64,000 nt of DNA from an uncultured Planctomycetaceae bacterium (GTDB lineage Bacteria > Planctomycetota > Planctomycetia > Pirellulales > PALSA-1355): NCBI GenBank assembly GCA_963785305.1, contig CAWAUV010000008.1, positions 480,001 through 544,000 of the forward strand, in the 5' to 3' direction. Numbering within the stretch: the first letter of the stretch is position 1; every line of letters begins with the position of its first letter. Below the pieces are notes generated by a model. That model saw only the letters and a list, made by a program, of their open reading frames with translations. It was not told the origin of the DNA and searched no databases. This document shows positions 56,055 to 64,000 of the stretch, in pieces. The position numbers and the translations under genes were made by a program.

Positions 56055-56763
56055 CTACGGCGAATCGGTTTGCGTGGCCGCCGGACTGGGCGCCGCAGCA
56101 TTCGGCGCGGCGCTATTGGCCGGCAAGCTTGGCTGCGGAGTGGGAGCGCCCGTCTGGGGCGCGGTCGCCGGCGGGGGCGCGTACGGAATCGTCGAATTCT
56201 GAACCGGCGCGCCGCGATAACCCATCGAATAACGGCGGCCCAACAGACCCCGGCGATAAGTATAGGCTTGCGCCGCGGGCTGGTTGCTATACGCGCGAGC
56301 CTGCGCGTTGGCGTTGACCGCCGGGGCGAAAGGCGCCCGGCGCTACGATGCCCGGCATCGCGCCGGCCGTATACGGCGTCCAGGCGTTGTTGCGATAGAC
56401 GCTCCACTGGTTGTTTGGTCCCCAATACCACCAATTTCCGTTCACGTTTCTCATTCGCCAGTTCTCGCGCTCGGCTTGGCGCGTGGCGATGCGCTCCTGG
56501 CGATTCTCTTGCCGCACCGACGCGTTATCGGCAATGCGCTGTCCCACGGCCGCGGCCGCGCCCGGGGCCACGGTCACGTTCGTGCCCCACGGAGTGCTTT
56601 GAACATCGACAGGCCCCGCCTGAACATTACTTGCCGGCGGCACGGCCGGCGTATAAACCGGCGCGGGCACAACGGGCGCAGGCCCCTGAGCGGCCGCCCA
56701 ACTTCCAGCGAGACCGACGCCGATCGTAAGACAACCGGCCATGAATTTCCGCAAACGACGCAT
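56055..56763 (-). CDS. Secreted Pro/Ala-rich hypothetical protein with a Trp-rich motif; frameshift near 56325
   Basis: Signal peptide, NWRMRNVNGNWWYWGPNNQWSVY, continues in the frame ending ...QTDSP. RBS ggagg upstream. Confidence 0.7.
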
Positions 56764-56976
56764 GGGTAAACCCTCCCTAGCAAAACTCTATTTTGGAAAA
56801 AAGGCGAACAGTGCGATGATCGAGAGCGCGCCCGCCCGACAACCGCGTGGTCCCGCTCCGTTCTCCCGTAAATGGGAGAGGAGCGGTTGAGGAGCAGTCG
56901 TCGGATAGGCGATTATTTAGATTCGCCCGATGGCCGTCTGTTTCGGCCCCGGTCGAGTTGTCGTTGTCGCTAGGGG

Positions 56977-56991
56977 GCATTTGCCATGCCA
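56977..56991 (-). promoter_or_regulatory. Candidate sigma54 (-24/-12) promoter
   Basis: The minus strand reads TGGCATG-GCAA-ATGC with exact GG-N10-GC spacing, ~210 nt upstream of the 56763 start. Confidence 0.5.
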
Positions 56992-57184
56992 AGCGGCGGC
57001 ATTCAACGACTCGCGGCGCAAACCGCCGACCTCCTTGCAGTTAACAACGCTAGCCCTCGGAGGGCCCTGGCTGACCCGAGGTGGCACGACAATATGCAGC
57101 GCAAACGCGCCGCATCCAAACCGCCTAAAGCGATCGCCGAAACCGAAAATCCGCGAATCTTGCCCGAGTTTCCCTCTTGCCCAG

Positions 57185-57332
57185 CAGTCCGGTTGAAATA
57201 TTCAACAGGCTGCGCCGCCGCACGGATGCGGTCGAAATAACGGCCTAAGTCGTTATTTTGCGAGCCGCGACGAGCTTTGCTCGGCGCTTGGCGAGGTTGA
57301 AAAATGCCACGATGGCAATTTTCAGCCGGCTG
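57185..57332. mobile_element. MITE-like element family A (148 bp)
   Basis: cag..ggttgaaa / tttcagccggctg ends, CCAG on both sides (57181-57184, 57333-57336). Reverse-complement homologue of 61302..61640. Confidence 0.85.
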
Positions 57333-57426
57333 CCAGACGACAGACGCTTTTCCGCCCGGTAATATAAGAGCCTTCGGTACTCCCCAAATGTCTTCAACGA
57401 CTCCAGCGGATTGAAAGGCGATTGTC

Positions 57427-57984
57427 ATGAACAACAGGTTGACCTTAGAGATGGCGTTGATCGCATGCCTCGCGTGTCTCCCCACCCTTCGGGCCGCCGA
57501 TCCCACGGCGCATTCCCATGGCGAAGCGATGCCCGCCACCGAAGCCGTGTGCGTGATTATGCCAACCGAAGGCCACAAGGCGTCGGGCGTGGTGCAGCTC
57601 ATGGAAACCACCAACGGCGTGCATCTGATGGGCGAGATCAAGGGACTCAAGCCCGGCGAACACGGCTTCCACATCCACCAGTTCGGCGATCTGCGTTCGG
57701 CCGATGGCTCGAGCGCCGGCGGACACTACAATCCCCATGGCGAAAAGCACGGCGGCCCGGATAGCCCGATGCACCACGAAGGCGATCTCGGCAATATCAA
57801 GGCGAGTGGCGATGGGGTCGCGAAGATCAACGCCACGGTCGAAGGCGTGCATCTGCATTTCGTCATCGGACGCGCGCTCGTCGTGCATGCCGACGCCGAC
57901 GACCTCAAGACCGACCCGTCGGGCAATTCGGGCAAGCGCGTGGGCGTGGGCGTGATCGGCGTCGCCGCGCCGCCCAAGAAATAA
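57427..57984 (+). CDS. sodC: Cu/Zn superoxide dismutase, exported
   Basis: Signal peptide, HGFHIH, SAGGHYNP, HEGDLGNI, GRALVVHA..DD, GNSGKR. Confidence 0.95.
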   Translation: MNNRLTLEMALIACLACLPTLRAADPTAHSHGEAMPATEAVCVIMPTEGHKASGVVQLMETTNGVHLMGEIKGLKPGEHGFHIHQFGDLRSADGSSAGGHYNPHGEKHGGPDSPMHHEGDLGNIKASGDGVAKINATVEGVHLHFVIGRALVVHADADDLKTDPSGNSGKRVGVGVIGVAAPPKK

Positions 57985-58440
57985 ACGGCGGCTGGCAAGC
58001 AAGATCGAAGCCACGGAAATTCAAATACAGCCACGGAAGGACACGGAAGAACACGGAATTCACGCGCGGCGGGGCATGGCGCGCATTTCCCCCGCTCGCC
58101 TTTTCCGTGTCTTCCGTGTTCTTCCGTGGCCGCTCTTTCCTTGCCTTTCCCCTCCTGCCTGTCCGTGGCATTTCCACAAGCACGGGTCAAGACCGGCGTG
58201 GGCGTGATCGGCGTCGCCGCGCCGCCCAAGAAATAAACGGCGGCTGGCAAGCAAGATCGAAGCCACGGAAATTCAAATACAGCCACGGAAGGACACGGAA
58301 GAACACGGAATTCACGCGCGGCGGGGCATGGCGCGCATTTCCCCCGCTCGCCTTTTCCGTGTCTTCCGTGTTCTTCCGTGGCCGCTCTTTCCTTGCCTTT
58401 CCCCTCCTGCCTGTCCGTGGCATTTCCACAAGCACGGGTC
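57943..58440 (+). repeat. Tandem duplication of 246 bp (57943..58188 and 58195..58440) covering the sodC 3' end and a cacggaa/ttccgtg REP-like hairpin
   Basis: The copies look identical at offset 252 with a 6-nt junction aagacc. Confidence 0.95.
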
Positions 58441-58674
58441 CTCCGCGCATCGTCCGAGCCGCCCCAGCTTCGCGAGAGCGCCAGCGCAGTCGTTCTTTTG
58501 CGCGATTTGAAAAATCGTTACAGTTTCGCGCCGCCCGAGCCGATTCGTATGGCTGCCGCGCGAGGGAATGCTCGTCGATCGGGTCGCGTTTGCGCGGGAT
58601 CGTCGGGCGATCGAACCGCTGGCCCTGCTAGCAGCCCCTGGAAGCGCGGCCCTCGGGAGTGAAGCCGAACGATC

Positions 58675-59966
58675 ATGTGGTGTCATCGCTGTCGACAAGA
58701 TGTGCCGGCCGTTCCCCTCGCTGAAGGGCAGGGCAATGGCTGCGTGCGCTGCGGCCAGCGACTCTCGAGCGCCGCGCCGCGCCGAGCGGAGCATCTTGCG
58801 GGCGCCGAGCGAACACCAAACGACCGTGCCGCAAAGGCGGCGTCAAAAAGCGCGAACTCGGTCGGGCGGCGCGTCAGCGACGCGGGGCTCGATCTGGCGA
58901 ATCTCGACGCGCCGGCGCCCGAATCCATCGCTCGACCGCCTCGAGAGTCCATGAGCGGCGCGCGTCCCGAGGCGCGCCCCAACTCGGACACGCGCGAGGC
59001 CGATCCGCTCGAAGCCCGCGAATTTGATCACCGGGCATCCTATCGCGCGGAACCCAAACACGCTTCGCCGCCAAGCGGTCCCCACGACAACGCCGCGAAA
59101 TACCAAGCCGACAAGTCCGAGTCGGGCTCGGCCGCGGGCCAAGCTTCGAGCCCGTCGCCGAACCGCTCGCGAACTTCCTCGCCGAGTGCCGCCGAAGCTC
59201 CGCCGGTATTCGAAAACGACGACTGGGATCTCGATTCGCTCGACCAAGCCTGGCTGGCGGCCGGCGGTTTCGCGGGCCCCGGCAATTTTGCTCCCGCGCC
59301 CCACGGCGCCGAAAACTTCGCGCATTCCGACGCCGCGGCTCGCCACTGGCGCCAAGCCCATGGATCGCATCGCGAGTCGTTCCGACCGCTGATGGCGCCG
59401 ACCCGCAAAAGGCGGCGCGCTTCGCGTCGGGGCGGCGCCGCGCCTTGGACGCTCATGGTCGCTGGAATATTGACCATGATTCTGGGTTCATTGTTCTGGG
59501 TCGCGCCCGGGTTCGCGCCGCGCCGCTCCTCGAGGCCGGATCGCTGCCGGCGCCCTGGGGTTGGCCCACGGTGGTGGCGGGGCAATCGATTCTACTCCTG
59601 GGCTTTGCCTTGCAACTGGAACGCATCCGCCGCGCGAGTCGAGCGGCCCGCGAAGCGGTGGCGAGCGTGCATGCGCGTCTCGATGATCTTCGCGCCGGCG
59701 CCGACGAGCACGCGCCGCGCCGCGGCGTCGGCCCACCGGCATATGGCCCACCAGCATACAGCTCGCCGGGTTATGGCCCAATGGGATACGGCGCGCATGC
59801 CCATGGTTCACCGCCCTATGGCCTTGCTGCTTCGGCGCCTGGCGCATCGTTCTATCGTCCGGCGCACTACGGCCCTGGCGCCGAGGGCCCCCATCCCCAA
59901 ATGGTGCTCGCCGATGTGCGCGGCCAGCTCGACGCGCTGCAAGCGCGGCTCGGCCCCCACCGCTGA
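58675..59966 (+). CDS. Hypothetical membrane protein with N-terminal zinc ribbon; frameshift near 59520
   Basis: MWCHRCRQDVP...CVRCG, low-complexity linker, two hydrophobic helices, C-terminal HPQMVLADVRGQLDAL. Confidence 0.7.
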
Positions 59967-60075
59967 ATCTTGCCATTGAATCACTTCGCCGAGTCTTGCG
60001 ATTGCGATCGCGCGTAATAAAAACTCGCGGCCCGTTTTTGCATTCCAGGGTCCAAGGCTGCTACGATAAAGCGCC

Positions 60076-60498
60076 ATGAAAACCCTGACCCAAGAGCTAT
60101 GGATGGAAACGCCCGTTCGCCGGGCCATTGTGTCGATCCATCGCGAGGTGGAGCGGCTCGTGGCCGAGAGCGGCGTCGCCGAAGGGCTCGTGCTCGTCAA
60201 TGCGATGCACATCACCGCGTCGGTGTTTATCAACGACAATGAGTCGGGCCTGCACGAAGACTACGAGATCTGGCTCGAAAAGCTGGCTCCGTTCAGCGAG
60301 TCGTCGATGCGATACCACCACAACCGCACCGGCGAGGACAATGCCGACGCGCATCTGAAGCGGCAGATCATGGGCCGCGAAGTCGTGGTGGCGATCACCA
60401 ATGGCCAACTGCACCTCGGCCCCTGGGAGCACATCTTCTACTACGAGTTCGATGGCCGGCGCCGCAAACGGGTGCTGGTGAAGATCATCGGCGAATGA
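60076..60498 (+). CDS. yjbQ: YjbQ / UPF0047 family (secondary thiamine-phosphate synthase)
   Basis: [39 protein letters not shown]. Confidence 0.93.
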   Translation: MKTLTQELWMETPVRRAIVSIHREVERLVAESGVAEGLVLVNAMHITASVFINDNESGLHEDYEIWLEKLAPFSESSMRYHHNRTGEDNADAHLKRQIMGREVVVAITNGQLHLGPWEHIFYYEFDGRRRKRVLVKIIGE

Positions 60499-60740
60499 AC
60501 GGGCGGAGGTCCGATTACGACTCGACGCGTCAGCGAGGGCATGTCCGCCAAAAAGACGATCTTCGTCGAGCATTGCCCCGGGAAGCGGAAAACGAACTTT
60601 TTCTGGCCACGGCGATCTTTCCCCGCTGGGGGTCTTTTCGGCCCGGCCGCAAGCATTTATAGTGTTGTACTCGCTCGAAGGGGCCTGCCAGACATCCGTG
60701 ATTGGCGGGCATGGCGGGCGGGCCCCGAATTCGGTGTTTT

Positions 60741-60814
60741 GGCGGCGTAGCTCAGTTGGTTAGAGCAGCGGCTTCATAAGCCGCGTGTCACAGGTTCGAA
60801 TCCTGTCGCCGCTA
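60741..60814 (+). tRNA. tRNA-Met (CAT), elongator-type (Ile2 not excluded); CCA not encoded
   Basis: Cloverleaf: GGCGGCG/CGCCGCT acceptor, GCTC/GAGC D stem, GCGGC-TTCATAA-GCCGC anticodon arm, TTCGAAT T loop. Confidence 0.95.
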
Positions 60815-60865
60815 CCTACGGCTCCGCCAAACCGGGCCGAATTGATAGGGAATGTGAAAAACGTC

Positions 60866-60949
60866 GCGCGAGTGGCGGAATTGGCAGACGCGCCAGCCTC
60901 AGGAGCTGGTCCGGGTAACCGGGTGGAGGTTCAAGTCCTCTCTCGCGCA
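60866..60949 (+). tRNA. tRNA-Leu (CAG); CCA not encoded
   Basis: GCGCGAG/CTCGCGC acceptor, CCAGC-CTCAGGA-GCTGG anticodon arm, long variable arm, TTCAAGT T loop. Confidence 0.96.
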
Positions 60950-61301
60950 CTGTTTTTCACGATCTTTCTCCGCTCGATTCGGTCCTGTCAGGGCATCGCC
61001 CCGCCCCGCCCCGCCTCCGTCACAACCCGACGCGTCAGCGAGGGCTCCGGCTTCGCGCTCCCGCAATCGGCGATTTAGCTAAAGCCGATCGGCTGCCATT
61101 CTCCCGCCCTGGCTCACAAACAATGCTAGGAAATCATCGCCCTCCGCGCGCATAATCCGCGGCGTTGTCGATTCGAGGCGAAAGCCGGCGAGAGCCAAAT
61201 GCGGGGCGGGGGCGAAGCAAGAACTTCATCTCCATCTTGCAAGCGGGGCAAAGGCGCGGGGTTGTTCTTGGCCTTCATTCAGCGCGCGGCCGGTTTTCTA
61301 G

Positions 61302-61640
61302 AAGCCTGTTGAAAAATGCCATCGTGGCATTTTTCAACCTCGCCAAGCGCCGAGCAAAGCTCGTCGCGGCTCGCAAAACAACGACTTAGTTCAAGTTTCG
61401 CGTTTTTTGCTAGCACTCGAATCGCCGATTTCTCGTGGGTTTTGCACAGTTTGACGGCCGAACTGCCAATTTTTGCATGTTACCGAGAGGCCGAAGGTTG
61501 CCGGAAACGCGCCGAAATCGGAGAAACCACGACGAATCGGGCTATCGGAACTTTTGAAAACCGCGAAAGTCGAACTTAGGTCGTTATTTTGACACCGCAT
61601 CCATGCGGCGGCGCAGCCTGTTGAATATTTCAACAGGCTG
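61302..61640. mobile_element. MITE-like family A copy containing a nested 187-bp element (61389..61575)
   Basis: CTAG on both sides (61298-61301, 61641-61644). Collinear with the reverse complement of 57185..57332 except for an insert flanked by TTA/TTA. Confidence 0.88.
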
Positions 61641-61644
61641 CTAG

Positions 61645-62260
61645 GGGATCACATCCCCGAGCTTCGTCGCCGCCGGGCCTTGAACAAAAGGGCGCGAAAG
61701 CGACCGCGATCGATAACCTTGCGGACACGAGCTCGCCTCCGGCGCTATTGTCGAGGGCGGTGGCGTTGACGCCGGAAGTCCAAAACCGCGCGGCCAGAGC
61801 GAACCAGACGTCAAGCTCGGGCAGCAAAACCTCGCATCGCCCCTCGCAAGGCGCCGCGAGACTGCGAAACGTCGCGAGGCGAAAGTGATGGATTATCGTG
61901 AGGTTGCTTTTCAAAAAGCAAGCATCATGAAACATCCATCGCGAGGGCTGACCTGGCGTGGGGAGCTCCCAACACAATTGAGGGTCCGCATGCGTCCTCG
62001 TCGACTGGTTTTCCGCCCCGCGTTCTGCCGCGGCATGTAATCGCGGTCGAGACCAACCCGAACCGCTTGGGCCTTGCGATCTTGCGAAGGATCACCCGAC
62101 CCAACGGCTCACAACCGATCGAAAGGCAACAAACGACCGGCGACTGATCTCGTCCCACCAGCGACGGGCCAGGCGTCAGTGTGTTAGCGCAAGGCCAAGA
62201 GCCGCCGGTCGCCACGCTTTTCGATCACCCACCGTCCAGCGAAGGTCGTTCCCTCGCTCG
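61645..62260 (+). ncRNA. Candidate large structured non-coding RNA (unassigned class; ends approximate)
   Basis: More than ten complementary helices found by eye, GNRA loops, G-U pairs on the + strand, two crossing pairings, no credible ORF. Confidence 0.65.
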
Positions 62261-62450
62261 ACAAAAAAACCAACAAGAACCGGTCTCGACCGCTCGTCTC
62301 GGGCGGCTTCGACAAAACGTCCGATCGGCGGCGTTCGGCGCTCCCCGTGCGCACCGACGCCGCCGATTCGTTTTTTGGCCTGGAAACGGCGGCGCCGGAT
62401 TTTTACCGCAAAGCCGCGAACTAGGCGGAAGTAGAAACACGAAATAATCA

Positions 62451-62484
62451 ACACGACGGACACGACGGACACGACGGCACGACG
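62451..62484 (+). repeat. Short tandem repeat acacgacgg (~3.8 copies), REP-like
   Basis: Directly visible. Degenerate inverted partner near 62538-62565. Confidence 0.7.
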
Positions 62485-62614
62485 AAGGCAACCAAGAGGA
62501 TGCGAGTCGCCGTTTCGCCAAGAAAACTCCCTCGCACATCGTGTCGAGAGTGACCGTTGTGGTGAAAACCGACTTCGAAATTTCAGCCGAGCCGTGGGGG
62601 GCAAGGCAACATCA

Positions 62615-63955
62615 TCACTCGCCGGGCGCGGCTTCGAGTAGCACCACGCTGGCCGTGAAGCCGTGGAGGAAGCTGCGGCCGCCGATGGGGCCGATTTCGC
62701 CTTGGGCGAAGAAACCGGCCATCGGCAAGTCGGGCCATAGACGGGCCAATGACTGGGCGTCGTGGTCGGGCTGCTCGAAGAGGCGACTCCCGCGCCCGTT
62801 GCATGTGAACACCAGAGCGCCCGCCGGAGGGTTCTTCAACTCGGACCGGGCCGCCGCGAGCAATTCCGCCAAATCTTCATCCGCCGTTTGCGAGTCGCGC
62901 ACATGAAACTGCACCGTCTGCCCGACACGCATATAGTCGCCCACCGCAATCGAGCCGGCTTCGCGGTCGGCGCCGATCACGTTGCGAACCAAGAAATCGC
63001 CGCGGGCAAATGTGTCTTGATATTCGTTCACCACCCGGCCCAAATGCAAACCGCCCCCGACGAGCGCCTGCTCGGCCGGCGAAAGCGATTTATAAATCTC
63101 GCCAAAGGCCGCCAGCGCCGGTTTGCCGCCAAGCTCTTGCACGATGTTCCGCTCGGCGCGGGTCACGATGAGCGGCCGGCCGATCGGGCGGCAGCCTTGC
63201 GACACCACGCCGCGAAGCCGAACCCCGCCGCCGATCCAAACCCCCACGGCCCCGGTGTTCCACTCACGCCGCCCGAGCCAGAGTCGATTTTGCCCCGGGG
63301 CATGACCGCCGCTGGCCACGCCGCCGGCCACGAGAGTTCCCGGCCGATCCTCGGCCAGTCGTTCGAGCAGCGCGTCGGCCGGAAAACTATAGGGCTCGCC
63401 CAAGAGCAGCAGACTGCCGCCAGCCGGCCAATCGCCCGCGAGCGCCGGCGGCCAACCGACAAACGCGCCGCCCTCGGCCGAACGGACGAACTCGAGTCGC
63501 ACCGGCTCGACCATTGCGCCGGGCAAGCTGGCCACCCAGAGCGCGAGCGCCGGGCGGTCTTCGATCTCGCGGCCCATGCCCAGAATCGATTCGCCCGAAC
63601 AGCCGATCAGCGTCGGAGCGCCAAGCGCGTCGTGCAAGAGGGCCCCGAGCGAAGCGCCGCCCGCGAAAGAAGCCCCGTCGCCGCTGGCTGGGTCTCCGGC
63701 GGCAATGGGCACAATTTCAACCGGTGCATTCGCGACGAGCATGGTCTCGAGCAGCGACGGCGAGGCAAAGCAGATCGCCAGATCGGGCCGGGCGCCCAGC
63801 CGGGCAAGCGCCTGCTCGACCACCTCGCTCACGGCGACGCCCAGGTCAGTCGCCGTGGACAATGCCGCCGCCGCGCGTGGCCCCGACGACGAACCCGCCG
63901 ACACCGACTCCGCCGCCCGGTTCGCCGACGAAGGTCCAGATTCCGTTCCGCTCAC
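62615..63955 (-). CDS. FIST signal transduction domain protein
   Basis: IGCSGESI, AGGVASGG, VSQGCRPIG, GQTVQFHVRD, FTCNGRG, GFFAQGEIGP, LHGFTAS. Confidence 0.93.
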   Translation of the reverse strand: MSGTESGPSSANRAAESVSAGSSSGPRAAAALSTATDLGVAVSEVVEQALARLGARPDLAICFASPSLLETMLVANAPVEIVPIAAGDPASGDGASFAGGASLGALLHDALGAPTLIGCSGESILGMGREIEDRPALALWVASLPGAMVEPVRLEFVRSAEGGAFVGWPPALAGDWPAGGSLLLLGEPYSFPADALLERLAEDRPGTLVAGGVASGGHAPGQNRLWLGRREWNTGAVGVWIGGGVRLRGVVSQGCRPIGRPLIVTRAERNIVQELGGKPALAAFGEIYKSLSPAEQALVGGGLHLGRVVNEYQDTFARGDFLVRNVIGADREAGSIAVGDYMRVGQTVQFHVRDSQTADEDLAELLAAARSELKNPPAGALVFTCNGRGSRLFEQPDHDAQSLARLWPDLPMAGFFAQGEIGPIGGRSFLHGFTASVVLLEAAPGE

Positions 63956-64000
63956 GCGCTGCTCCTCGTGCTTACGATGCGCCGACTATTTCTTGGCGTC

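Noticed and set aside
57082..57097. TGGCACG-ACAA-TATGC as a sigma54 promoter for sodC
   Set aside because: GG to GC spacing is 11 nt rather than the required 10.
57984..58440. Repeats after sodC as a CRISPR array
   Set aside because: Two long identical copies with internal short repeats. No unique spacers and no cas genes.
60741..60949. tRNAs as an integration site of a genomic island; missing CCA
   Set aside because: No integrase or duplicated tRNA 3' end was seen in the window. Non-encoded CCA is common.
61645..62260. RNase P RNA, tmRNA or a self-splicing intron
   Set aside because: No GAGGAAAGUCC/P4 partner, no tRNA-like ends with a T loop, no group II domain V, no convincing group I P7 core, and no interrupted host gene.
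62451..62484. acacgacgg repeats as CRISPR or iterons
   Set aside because: 9-bp head-to-tail units without spacers, and no rep gene nearby.

Overview
High-GC bacterial chromosomal window, most likely from a Planctomycetota (Pirellulales-like) genome. This is inferred from the DUF1501 + PSD1/planctomycete cytochrome c pair, DUF1080, a DUF1570-like protein, an FHA-GAF kinase and the intergenic repeat families. Core genes include valS (partial), ndh, purM, tsaD, der, a phoR/phoB-like pair, a cold-shock gene, sodC, yjbQ, tRNA-Met(CAT) and tRNA-Leu(CAG). About 20 genes, including essential valS, carry small frameshifts, which points to an unpolished long-read assembly rather than mass pseudogenisation. 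Most notable: (1) a ~550-600 nt ORF-poor segment downstream of the tRNA pair (~61.65-62.26 kb) with many nested long-range helices, GNRA tetraloops, + strand G-U pairs and two candidate pseudoknots, a candidate large structured ncRNA that I cannot assign to a known class; (2) a ~3.5 kb islet bounded by identical 87-bp promoter-containing direct repeats that carries an ABC/AAA-ATPase + TOPRIM-like gene pair (defence/TA-like), with the ATPase interrupted by an IS3-family element and the partner by a 7-bp duplication; (3) several nested families of MITE- and REP-like elements with recognisable target-site duplications; (4) a partial hydroxyproline-catabolism locus coupled to a secreted HExxH protein, and tandem paralogous secreted helical proteins. 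No CRISPR array or rRNA was seen.
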